34,107 nucleotides of DNA from the IMG/VR virus record IMGVR_UViG_2740892209_000010; one strand, given 5' to 3'. Positions 25,871 to 34,107 of this stretch are shown in pieces. The position numbers and the translations under genes are program-made. This stretch comes from a virus. Lineage: Duplodnaviria; Heunggongvirae; Uroviricota; Caudoviricetes. The first letter of the stretch is position 1. Each line of letters opens with the position of its first letter. The notes under the pieces are model-generated. The model was not told where the DNA came from, did no database searches, and worked only from the letters and a program-made list of their open reading frames with translations.

Positions 25871-27061
25871 ATGAGTGACTATCATCACGGCGTGCAGGTG
25901 CTGGAGATTAACGACGGCACCCGCGTCATTTCCACCGTATCCACGGCCATTGTCGGCATGGTCTGCACGGCCAGCGATGCGGATGCGGAAACCTTCCCCC
26001 TCAATAAACCGGTGCTGATTACTAATGTGCAGAGCGCAATTGCAAAGGCCGGTAAAAAAGGCACGCTGGCGGCGTCGTTACAGGCCATCGCTGACCAGTC
26101 AAAACCGGTCACCGTTGTTGTGCGCGTGGAAGACGGCACCGGCGACGACGAGGAAACGAAACTTGCGCAGACCGTTTCCAATATCATCGGCACCACCGAC
26201 GAAAACGGTCAGTACACCGGACTGAAAGCCCTGCTGGCGGCGGAGTCGGTAACCGGTGTTAAACCGCGCATTCTCGGTGTGCCGGGACTGGACACCAAAG
26301 AGGTGGCTGTTGCACTGGCATCAGTCTGTCAGAAGCTGCGCGCTTTCGGGTATATCAGCGCATGGGGCTGTAAGACCATTTCCGAGGTGAAAGCCTACCG
26401 CCAGAATTTCAGCCAGCGTGAGCTGATGGTCATCTGGCCGGATTTCCTCGCATGGGATACGGTCACCAGTACCACCGCCACCGCGTATGCCACCGCCCGT
26501 GCGCTGGGGCTGCGTGCCAGAATCGACCAGGAGCAGGGCTGGCATAAAACGCTGTCCAATGTCGGGGTGAACGGTGTTACCGGCATCAGCGCATCTGTAT
26601 TCTGGGATTTGCAGGAGTCCGGCACCGATGCTGACCTGCTTAACGAGTCAGGCGTTACTACGCTGATTCGCCGCGACGGTTTCCGCTTCTGGGGTAACCG
26701 TACCTGCTCTGATGACCCGCTGTTCCTCTTTGAAAACTACACCCGCACCGCGCAGGTGCTGGCCGACACGATGGCTGAGGCGCACATGTGGGCGGTGGAC
26801 AAGCCCATCACCGCAACGCTGATTCGCGACATCGTTGACGGCATCAATGCCAAATTCCGTGAGCTGAAAACAAACGGCTATATCGTGGATGCGACCTGCT
26901 GGTTCAGCGAAGAATCCAACGATGCGGAAACCCTCAAGGCCGGCAAACTGTATATCGACTACGACTATACACCGGTGCCTCCTCTTGAAAATCTGACCCT
27001 GCGCCAGCGTATTACTTCCAGATACCTGGCAAGTCTGGTCACTTCGGTTAACAGCAATTAA
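25871..27061 (+). CDS. FI: Tail sheath protein FI, 396 aa
   Basis: 396 aa equals P2 FI; CACGGAG RBS; followed by the tube gene. Confidence 0.9.
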   Translation: MSDYHHGVQVLEINDGTRVISTVSTAIVGMVCTASDADAETFPLNKPVLITNVQSAIAKAGKKGTLAASLQAIADQSKPVTVVVRVEDGTGDDEETKLAQTVSNIIGTTDENGQYTGLKALLAAESVTGVKPRILGVPGLDTKEVAVALASVCQKLRAFGYISAWGCKTISEVKAYRQNFSQRELMVIWPDFLAWDTVTSTTATAYATARALGLRARIDQEQGWHKTLSNVGVNGVTGISASVFWDLQESGTDADLLNESGVTTLIRRDGFRFWGNRTCSDDPLFLFENYTRTAQVLADTMAEAHMWAVDKPITATLIRDIVDGINAKFRELKTNGYIVDATCWFSEESNDAETLKAGKLYIDYDYTPVPPLENLTLRQRITSRYLASLVTSVNSN

Positions 27062-27073
27062 GGAGCCTGACCG

Positions 27074-27592
27074 ATGGCAATGCCGCGCAAACTCAAGTTA
27101 ATGAACGTCTTTCTGAACGGCTACAGCTATCAGGGCGTTGCAAAGTCCGTCACGCTGCCAAAACTGACCCGTAAGCTCGAAAACTATCGCGGTGCGGGGA
27201 TGAACGGCAGCGCACCGGTAGACCTCGGCCTTGATGACGATGCGCTGTCAATGGAGTGGTCGCTCGGTGGTTTCCCGGATTCGGTTATCTGGGAGCTTTA
27301 CGCAGCAACCGGTGTGGATGCCGTGCCGATTCGTTTTGCAGGCTCTTACCAGCGCGACGATACCGGCGAAACGGTGGCCGTCGAGGTGGTCATGCGTGGA
27401 CGTCAGAAAGAAATCGACACCGGCGAGGGTAAACAGGGAGAAGACACCGAGTCGAAAATCTCCGTGGTCTGCACCTATTTCCGGCTGACGATGGACGGTA
27501 AGGAGCTGGTCGAAATTGACACCATCAACATGATTGAGAAGGTGAACGGCGTCGACCGGCTGGAGCAACACCGCCGCAATATTGGCCTGTGA
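27074..27592 (+). CDS. FII: Tail tube protein FII, 172 aa
   Basis: 172 aa equals P2 FII. Confidence 0.9.
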   Translation: MAMPRKLKLMNVFLNGYSYQGVAKSVTLPKLTRKLENYRGAGMNGSAPVDLGLDDDALSMEWSLGGFPDSVIWELYAATGVDAVPIRFAGSYQRDDTGETVAVEVVMRGRQKEIDTGEGKQGEDTESKISVVCTYFRLTMDGKELVEIDTINMIEKVNGVDRLEQHRRNIGL

Positions 27593-27648
27593 TTTTCATC
27601 CGGTCAGCCTGACTGGCCGGTTAACCCCGATTCAGATGTGAGAAAACC

Positions 27649-27924
27649 ATGAACAAAGAAAATGTGATTACCCTGGAAAATCCGGTCAAACGTGGTGAGC
27701 AGGTTATCAAACAGGTCACGCTGATGAAACCTAATGCCGGGACGCTTCGCGGTGTCAGTCTGGCTTCGGTCGCACACTCCGAAGTCGATGCACTTATTAA
27801 GGTGCTGCCGCGCATGACGGCACCGATGCTGACCGAGCAGGAAGTCGCCGCGCTGGAACTGCCTGACCTTGTGGAACTGGCCGGTAAGGTGGTCGGTTTT
27901 TTGTCGCCGAACTCGGTGCAGTGA
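27649..27924 (+). CDS. E: Tail assembly chaperone E, 91 aa
   Basis: 91 aa equals P2 E; located directly upstream of the tape-measure gene. Confidence 0.8.
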   Translation: MNKENVITLENPVKRGEQVIKQVTLMKPNAGTLRGVSLASVAHSEVDALIKVLPRMTAPMLTEQEVAALELPDLVELAGKVVGFLSPNSVQ

Positions 27925-28076
27925 CGTTTCCGAAAAATCTGTCGGTCGATGACCTGATGGCGGATGTGGCAGTGATATTTCACTGGCCGCCATCAGAACT
28001 GTATCCCATGAGCCTGACCGAACTTATCACATGGCGCGAAAAGGCGCTCCGGCGAAGCGGAAACACGAATGAGTAA
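27649..28076 (+). CDS. E': Tail assembly chaperone E+E' (product of programmed -1 frameshift), ~141 aa
   Basis: Slippery T6G run at 27897..27903 near the end of E. The -1 frame is open from 27903 to the TAA at 28074..28076 with no need for a start codon and ends just inside the start of T. The fused length is close to P2 E' (142 aa). Confidence 0.6.
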
Positions 28077-30516
28077 CAATGTAAAATTACAGGTATTGCT
28101 CAGGGCTGTTGACCAGGCATCCCGCCCGTTTAAATCCATCCGTACAGCGAGCAAGTCGCTGTCGGGGGATATCCGGGACACACAAAAATCACTGCGCGAG
28201 CTGAACGGTCACGCATCCCGTATTGAGGGATTTCGCAAGACCAGCGCACAGCTCGCCGTGACTGGTCATGCACTTGAGAAGGCACGGCTGGAAGCCGAAG
28301 CCCTTGCCACACAGTTTAAAAATACCGAACGTCCGACCCGTGCTCAGGCGAAAGTGCTGGAATCCGTAAAGCGAGCGGCGGAGGACTTACAGGCGAAATA
28401 TAACCGCCTGACGGATTCCGTTAAACGCCAGCAGCGGGAGCTGGCCGCTGTGGGAATTAATACCCGCAATCTTGCACATGATGAGCAGGGACTGAAAAAC
28501 CGTATCAGTGAAACCACTACACAGCTTAACCGTCAGCGTGATGCGCTGGCGCGTGTCAGTGCGCAACAGGCAAAACTTAACGCAGTAAAACAGCGTTATC
28601 AGGCCGGAAAGGAACTGGCCGGAAATATGGCCTCGGTGGGCGCTGCCGGTGTGGGGATTGCGGCGGCGGGAACGATGGCCGGAGTTAAGTTGCTGATGCC
28701 CGGTTATGAGTTTGCGCAGAAAAACTCAGAATTGCAGGCCGTGCTCGGAGTGGCAAAAGACTCCGCCGAAATGGCCGCGCTCCGCAAGCAGGCGCGCCAG
28801 CTCGGCGATAATACCGCCGCCTCGGCGGATGATGCGGCCGGTGCGCAGATTATCATTGCGAAAGCGGGTGGAGATGCTGCGGCTATTCAGGCGGCAACGC
28901 CGGTCACGCTGAATATGGCACTGGCGAACCGCCGCACGATGGAAGAAAACGCCGCCCTGCTGATGGGGATGAAATCCGCCTTTCAGCTTTCAAACGATAA
29001 GGTCGCTCATATCGGGGATGTTCTCTCCATGACGATGAACAAAACTGCCGCCGATTTTGACGGCATGAGCGATGCGCTGACCTATGCCGCACCTGTGGCA
29101 AAAAATGCCGGTGTCAGCATTGAAGAAACCGCCGCAATGGTCGGGGCGCTGCATGATGCAAAAATTACCGGTTCAATGGCGGGGACGGGAAGCCGTGCCG
29201 TGTTAAGTCGCCTGCAGGCACCGACGGGAAAAGCATGGGATGCACTCAAAGAGCTTGGCGTGAAAACCTCAGACAGCAAGGGGAATACCCGGCCAGTATT
29301 TACCATTCTGAAAGAAATGCAGGCCAGTTTTGAGAAAAACCGGCTCGGTACTGCCCAGCAGGCTGAATACATGAAAACTATTTTCGGGGAGGAGGCCAGC
29401 TCAGCCGCCGCTGTGCTGATGACTGCCGCCTCAACCGGAAAGCTGGACAAACTGACCGCTGCGTTTAAAGCCTCAGACGGAAAGACCGCAGAGCTGGTAA
29501 ATATCATGCAGGACAACCTCGGCGGTGACTTTAAGGAGTTTCAGTCCGCTTATGAGGCGGTGGGGACTGACCTGTTTGACCAGCAGGAAGGCGCACTGCG
29601 TAAGCTCACGCAGACGGCCACAAAGTATGTGTTAAAACTCGACGGCTGGATCCAGAAAAATAAATCACTGGCGTCAACCATCGGCATTATTGCCGGTGGT
29701 GCACTGGCGCTGACTGGCATCATTGGTGCCATTGGCCTCGTAGCCTGGCCGGTTATCACCGGCATCAATGCCATCATCGCGGCAGCAGGCGCAATGGGGG
29801 CAATCTTCACGACGGTTGGCAGTGCCGTTATGACGGCCATCGGGGCGATTAGCTGGCCGGTTGTGGCTGTGGTGGCCGCCATTGTCGCCGGGGCGTTGCT
29901 TATCCGTAAATACTGGGAGCCTGTCAGCGCATTCTTTGGCGGTGTGGTTGAAGGGCTGAAAGCGGCATTTGCGCCGGTGGGGGAATTGTTCACGCCACTT
30001 AAACCGGTGTTTGACTGGCTGGGTGAAAAGTTACAGGCCGCGTGGCAGTGGTTTAAAAACCTGATTGCCCCGGTCAAAGCCACCCAGGACACACTGAACC
30101 GTTGCCGTGACACGGGCGTCATGTTCGGGCAGGCACTGGCTGACGCGCTGATGCTGCCGCTTAATGCGTTCAACAAACTGCGCAGTGGTATTGACTGGGT
30201 ACTGGAAAAACTCGGTGTCATCAACAAAGAGTCAGACACACTTGACCAGACCGCCGCCAGAACTCAAGCCGCCACGTATGGCAGCAGTGGTTATATTCCG
30301 GCGACCAGCTCTTATGCAGGCTATCAGGCTTATCAGCCGGTCACGGCACCGGCTGGTCGCTCTTATGTAGACCAGAGTAAAAACGAATATCACATCAGCC
30401 TTACGGGTGGTACTGCGCCGGGGACACAGCTTGACCGCCAGTTACAGGATGCGCTCGAAAAATACGAGCGGGATAAACGTGCGCGCGCCCGTGCCAGCAT
30501 GATGCATGACGGTTAA
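28069..30516 (+). CDS. T: Tail tape measure protein T, 815 aa
   Basis: 815 aa equals P2 T; long Ala/Gly-rich, partly hydrophobic central region typical of tape measure proteins. Confidence 0.9.
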   Translation: MSNNVKLQVLLRAVDQASRPFKSIRTASKSLSGDIRDTQKSLRELNGHASRIEGFRKTSAQLAVTGHALEKARLEAEALATQFKNTERPTRAQAKVLESVKRAAEDLQAKYNRLTDSVKRQQRELAAVGINTRNLAHDEQGLKNRISETTTQLNRQRDALARVSAQQAKLNAVKQRYQAGKELAGNMASVGAAGVGIAAAGTMAGVKLLMPGYEFAQKNSELQAVLGVAKDSAEMAALRKQARQLGDNTAASADDAAGAQIIIAKAGGDAAAIQAATPVTLNMALANRRTMEENAALLMGMKSAFQLSNDKVAHIGDVLSMTMNKTAADFDGMSDALTYAAPVAKNAGVSIEETAAMVGALHDAKITGSMAGTGSRAVLSRLQAPTGKAWDALKELGVKTSDSKGNTRPVFTILKEMQASFEKNRLGTAQQAEYMKTIFGEEASSAAAVLMTAASTGKLDKLTAAFKASDGKTAELVNIMQDNLGGDFKEFQSAYEAVGTDLFDQQEGALRKLTQTATKYVLKLDGWIQKNKSLASTIGIIAGGALALTGIIGAIGLVAWPVITGINAIIAAAGAMGAIFTTVGSAVMTAIGAISWPVVAVVAAIVAGALLIRKYWEPVSAFFGGVVEGLKAAFAPVGELFTPLKPVFDWLGEKLQAAWQWFKNLIAPVKATQDTLNRCRDTGVMFGQALADALMLPLNAFNKLRSGIDWVLEKLGVINKESDTLDQTAARTQAATYGSSGYIPATSSYAGYQAYQPVTAPAGRSYVDQSKNEYHISLTGGTAPGTQLDRQLQDALEKYERDKRARARASMMHDG

Positions 30517-30530
30517 GGAGGTGAGGAAAA

Positions 30531-31010
30531 ATGATGCTCGCGTTAGGTATGTTTGTTTTTATGCGCCAGACGTTGCCACACCAGACCATGCAGCGTGAAT
30601 CAGATTATCGCTGGCCGTCAAATTCCCGTATCGGTAAACGGGATGCCTTTCAGTTTCTCGGTGTGGGTGAGGAAAACATCACGCTTGCCGGTGTGCTTTA
30701 TCCCGAACTGACCGGCGGGAAGCTGACGATGACCACGCTCAGGCTGATGGCAGAGGAAGGCCGGGCGTGGCCGTTGCTGGATGGCACCGGCATGATTTAC
30801 GGCATGTATGTCATCAGCAGGGTGAGTGAAACAGGGAGTATTTTCTTTGCAGACGGCACACCCCGAAAAATTGATTTTACGCTGTCGCTCACCCGCGTTG
30901 ATGAATCACTGGCCGCGCTTTATGGCGATATCGGTAAACAGGCGGAATCGCTCATCGGTAAGGCTGGCAGTATGGCGACTAAATTCACGGGTATGACGGG
31001 GGCGGGATAA
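30531..31010 (+). CDS. U: Tail protein U, 159 aa
   Basis: 159 aa equals P2 U; AGGAGGTGAGG RBS. Confidence 0.85.
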   Translation: MMLALGMFVFMRQTLPHQTMQRESDYRWPSNSRIGKRDAFQFLGVGEENITLAGVLYPELTGGKLTMTTLRLMAEEGRAWPLLDGTGMIYGMYVISRVSETGSIFFADGTPRKIDFTLSLTRVDESLAALYGDIGKQAESLIGKAGSMATKFTGMTGAG

Positions 31011-32173
31011 TGCTGGATGCGCTGACATTTGATGCAGGCAGTACGCTGACGCCGGATTACATGCTGATGCTCGACAGTAGGGATATTACCGGCAATATCA
31101 GCGACCGTCTGATGAGCATGACCCTGACGGATAACCGGGGCTTTGAGGCTGACCAGCTTGATATTGAACTGAACGATGCCGACGGGCAGGTCGGGCTGCC
31201 GGTTCGTGGCGCTGTCCTGACGGTGTATATCGGCTGGAAAGGTTTTGCCCTGGTATGCAAAGGGAAATTCACCGTTGATGAGGTTGAACACAGGGGCGCG
31301 CCGGATGTGGTCACTATCCGCGCCCTGAGTGCAGATTTTCGCGGGACGCTCAATTCCCGCCGTGAAGGCTCCTGGCATGACACCACGCTCGGTGCGATTG
31401 TTGAGGCGATAGCCTCCCGTAACAGGCTGGAAGCCAGTGTCGCTCCGTCACTGGCCGGAATTAAAATCCCGCACATCGACCAGTCGCAGGAGTCTGATGC
31501 AAAATTCCTGACCCGCCTTGCTGAACGCAACGGCGGTGAGGTGTCGGTAAAAATGGGAAAATTGTTGTTTCTCAAAGCGGGGCAGGGGGTGACGGCCAGC
31601 GGTAAAAAAATCCCGCAGATTACCATCGCCCGCAGCGACGGCGACCGTCATCATTTTGCGATTGCTGACCGTGGAGCCTACACCGGCGTAACGGCAAAGT
31701 GGTTACACACCAAAGACCCGAAGCCACAAAAGCAGAAGGTAAAACTGAAACGCAAAAAGAAAGAGAAACACCTGCGCGCACTGGAGCACCCGAAAGCGAA
31801 ACCGGTCACGCAGAAGAAAGCGCCAAAAGTACCGGAAGCGCGCGAAGGTGAATACATGGCCGGTGAGGATGACAATGTTTTTGCCCTGACCACGGTATAT
31901 GCCACGAAAGCGCAGGCCATGCGCGCCGCTCAGGCGAAGTGGGATAAACTGCAACGGGGCGTTGCGGAGTTCTCCATCAGCCTGGCTACCGGTCGGGCAG
32001 ATATTTACACGGAAACGCCGGTCAAAGTGTCAGGCTTTAAGCGCGTCATAGACGAGCAGGACTGGACAATCACTAAGGTGACACATTTTCTGAATAATAG
32101 CGGCTTCACGACGTCCTTGGAGCTTGAGGTCAGGCTTTCTGATGTGGAGTACGAAACAGAAGATGATGAGTGA
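31010..32173 (+). CDS. D: Tail protein D (late control gene D), 387 aa
   Basis: 387 aa equals P2 D; ATGATG overlap with the U stop. Confidence 0.85.
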   Translation: MLDALTFDAGSTLTPDYMLMLDSRDITGNISDRLMSMTLTDNRGFEADQLDIELNDADGQVGLPVRGAVLTVYIGWKGFALVCKGKFTVDEVEHRGAPDVVTIRALSADFRGTLNSRREGSWHDTTLGAIVEAIASRNRLEASVAPSLAGIKIPHIDQSQESDAKFLTRLAERNGGEVSVKMGKLLFLKAGQGVTASGKKIPQITIARSDGDRHHFAIADRGAYTGVTAKWLHTKDPKPQKQKVKLKRKKKEKHLRALEHPKAKPVTQKKAPKVPEAREGEYMAGEDDNVFALTTVYATKAQAMRAAQAKWDKLQRGVAEFSISLATGRADIYTETPVKVSGFKRVIDEQDWTITKVTHFLNNSGFTTSLELEVRLSDVEYETEDDE

Positions 32174-32254
32174 TGTATTTTGTTTATCTGTTTGTTTTAT
32201 AAAGATAAATTAACTAAAATGGCACTATCAACAAAACCGGAAGAGGTGCTCGCG

Positions 32255-32473
32255 ATGTTTCATTGTCCTTTATGCCAGCATGCCGCACATGCGCGTACAA
32301 GCCGCTATATCACTGACACGACAAAAGAGCGTTATCACCAGTGCCAGAACGTGAATTGCAGCGCCACGTTCATCACCTATGAGTCGGTACAGCGATACAT
32401 CGTGAAGCCGGGAGAAGTCCACGCCGTAAGGCCGCACCCGTTGCCGTCAGGGCAGCAAATTATGTGGATGTAA
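32255..32473 (+). CDS. ogr: Late transcription activator Ogr (zinc-finger), 72 aa
   Basis: Internal ATG at 32255 gives 72 aa, MFHCPLCQHAAHARTSRYITDTTKERYHQCQNVNCSATF..., with a C2C2 zinc-binding motif. It matches Ogr as I recall it. Last gene before attR. Confidence 0.85.
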   Translation: MFHCPLCQHAAHARTSRYITDTTKERYHQCQNVNCSATFITYESVQRYIVKPGEVHAVRPHPLPSGQQIMWM

Positions 32474-32484
32474 TTACAAACAGG

Positions 32485-32510
32485 AAGCCCCTCAGTCGAG
32501 GGGCTTTTTT
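32485..32510 (+). terminator. Rho-independent terminator downstream of ogr
   Basis: 9-bp GC-rich stem aagcccctc (32485..32493) / gaggggctt (32498..32506) with loop agtc, followed by a T-run ending at 32510. Confidence 0.7.
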
Positions 32511-32573
32511 GTCGATGTGGTCAATGTGTGGACGTGACCAGAAATAAATCCTTTTATTTCATTGTATTACGCG

Positions 32574-32601
32574 TAAAAAATAAGCCCGTGTAAGGGAGAT
32601 T
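32574..32601. repeat. attR core (right copy of 28-bp att direct repeat)
   Basis: Identical to 650..677. Confidence 0.85.
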
Positions 32602-32745
32602 ACACAGGCTAAGGAGGTGGTTCCTGGTACAGCTAGCATTTTATGGGTTATGTTTTTCAGCGAAACGGATGATAACCTTAATAAATGCAGCTGTATGTGA
32701 TCGGTTTCTAAGAATTTTCCATCCGGGAAAAATAATCGAAATTAA

Positions 32746-34107
32746 TCACTTACCGTGGGGGTTACGCGTGGTTTCCCCGGAGAAATTACGCATCAGCAGC
32801 GCGTAATTTAGCTCAAGATCCTGCGGCACCGGGAGCCACACAGTATAACCATCGCCTGGTGCGACCGGCATTGCTTCACCTTTGGCGTTTTCCATGTGCT
32901 CAAGGGTAAAGTTAATGTTGCCTTGCGGCGTCATCAGCTCAAGGCTGTCGCCAACGGAGAATTTATTTTTCACCGCTACCGCCGCGAGCTCCCCCTTGCG
33001 CTCACCGGTAAACTCACCAACAAACTGCTGACGGTCAGAAACCGAATAACCGTATTCGTAGTTCTGATAATCGTCGTGGGTATGACGACGCAGGAAACCT
33101 TCGGTATAGCCACGATGCGCCAGACCTTCCAGAGTTTCCAGCAGGCTGGTATCGAACGGTTTGCCCGCAGCGGCGTCATCGATAGCTTTACGGTAAACCT
33201 GCGCGGTGCGTGCGCAATAGTAGAAAGATTTGGTACGGCCTTCGATTTTCAGCGAATGCACGCCCATTTTGGTCAGGCGTTCAACATGGGCGATGGCGCG
33301 CAGATCTTTTGAGTTCATGATGTAAGTGCCGTGCTCATCTTCAAACGCGGTCATATATTCGCCCGGACGCTGGGCTTCTTCGATCATAAACACTTTGTCG
33401 GTTGGCGCGCCGATACCCAGCGTCGGCTCAACATTTTGCACCGGAATCGGCTCGTACTTGTGTACGATGTTGCCGACGTCATCTTCTTTCCCTTCCTGGA
33501 CGTTGTACTCCCAGCGGCAGGCGTTGGTGCAGGTGCCCTGGTTCGGGTCGCGCTTGTTGATATAGCCAGAGAGCAGGCAGCGACCGGAGTAGGCCATGCA
33601 CAGCGCGCCGTGAACGAAGATTTCGATCTCCATATCCGGCACCTGATTGCGGATCTCTTCAATCTCTTCCAGTGACAGTTCGCGAGAGAGGATCACGCGG
33701 GTCAGACCCATTTGCTGCCAGAATTTCACCGTCGCCCAGTTTACGGCGTTAGCCTGTACCGAGAGGTGGATTGGCATTTCCGGGAAGTGTTCACGCACCA
33801 GCATAATCAGCCCTGGATCGGACATAATCAGCGCATCCGGCCCCATTTCCACCACCGGTTTCAGGTCACGGATAAAGGTTTTCAGCTTGGCGTTGTGCGG
33901 TGCAATGTTGACTACGACATAAAACTTTTTCCCCAGCGCGTGGGCTTCATTGATGCCGAGCTGAAGATTTTCGTGGTTGAATTCGTTGTTGCGCACACGC
34001 AGGGAGTAACGCGGCTGGCCCGCATAAACAGCATCTGCGCCATAAGCGAAAGCGTAACGCATATTTTTCAGCGTTCCCGCCGGGGAAAGGAGTTCCGGTT
34101 TAAACAT
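32746..34107 (-). CDS. yegQ: Peptidase U32 family protein (YegQ/TrhP-like), host flank, 453 aa
   Basis: 453-aa minus-strand ORF starting MFKPELLSPAGTLKNMRYAFAYGADAVYAGQPRYSLR; recalled as E. coli YegQ (U32 peptidase family, now TrhP). Lies outside the prophage att repeat. Confidence 0.8.
   Translation of the reverse strand: MFKPELLSPAGTLKNMRYAFAYGADAVYAGQPRYSLRVRNNEFNHENLQLGINEAHALGKKFYVVVNIAPHNAKLKTFIRDLKPVVEMGPDALIMSDPGLIMLVREHFPEMPIHLSVQANAVNWATVKFWQQMGLTRVILSRELSLEEIEEIRNQVPDMEIEIFVHGALCMAYSGRCLLSGYINKRDPNQGTCTNACRWEYNVQEGKEDDVGNIVHKYEPIPVQNVEPTLGIGAPTDKVFMIEEAQRPGEYMTAFEDEHGTYIMNSKDLRAIAHVERLTKMGVHSLKIEGRTKSFYYCARTAQVYRKAIDDAAAGKPFDTSLLETLEGLAHRGYTEGFLRRHTHDDYQNYEYGYSVSDRQQFVGEFTGERKGELAAVAVKNKFSVGDSLELMTPQGNINFTLEHMENAKGEAMPVAPGDGYTVWLPVPQDLELNYALLMRNFSGETTRNPHGK

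Larger units (their letters stand above)
650..32601. mobile_element. P2-like temperate myovirus prophage, apparently complete, integrated between yegR-like and yegQ-like genes
   Basis: Bounded by identical 28-bp direct repeats (650..677 and 32574..32601). Integrase sits next to the left repeat and ogr next to the right repeat, as expected for an integrated P2. Full complement of P2-order genes with P2-like protein lengths (A 761 aa, Q 344, P 590, O 284, N 357, M 247, T 815, D 387, Ogr 72). Confidence 0.9.

Noticed and set aside
28706-30370. Antisense and alternative-frame ORFs within tape-measure gene T (for example 29550..30239, 229 aa)
   Set aside because: These are Ala/Ser/Pro-rich translations of the opposite strand of a GC-rich gene; no independent start context.
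32896-33675. Plus-strand ORFs (79-138 aa) inside the yegQ-like gene
   Set aside because: Antisense to a well-supported 453-aa host gene.
1-34107. CRISPR arrays, tRNA/rRNA genes, IS elements or transposase genes
   Set aside because: No short regularly spaced direct repeats, no tRNA-like cloverleaf candidates at the att site, and no transposase-like ORF were seen. The only tandem array is the protein-coding 132-bp repeat in H.

Overview
This window reads as an enterobacterial (E. coli-like) chromosome segment carrying an apparently complete P2-like temperate myovirus prophage of about 31.95 kb (650..32601). It sits between a small lipoprotein gene (1..318, YegR-like) and a peptidase-U32 gene (32746..34107, YegQ/TrhP-like) and is bounded by a 28-bp direct repeat (att core). 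Gene order and protein lengths follow the P2 map: int-C-cox-B-A (early/replication), cos, Q-P / O-N-M-L (packaging and head), X-Y-K-lysA-lysB-lysC (lysis), R-S-V-W-J-I-H-G (tail completion, baseplate, fibre), FI-FII-E/E'-T-U-D (sheath, tube, tape measure) and ogr. All calls rest on reading the sequence and ORF track plus recalled knowledge of P2; no database search was run. The parts worth a second look are three AT-rich accessory islands inserted at the positions where P2-type phages carry exchangeable cargo: (1) between the replication module and cos, two adjacent genes for predicted two-helix membrane proteins (7509..8240 and 8324..8980), each preceded by a copy of a ~61-bp leader; (2) between G and FI, a minus-strand gene for a membrane-anchored coiled-coil protein (24605..25360) bracketed by 36-bp inverted repeats; (3) between S and V, an HNH-motif protein gene (18481..19236). 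I could not assign these cargo proteins to any family by eye, so they are the best candidates for an undescribed phage-defence or superinfection-exclusion function. Whether they match P2 tin/old, Z/fun or orf30 needs a homology search.
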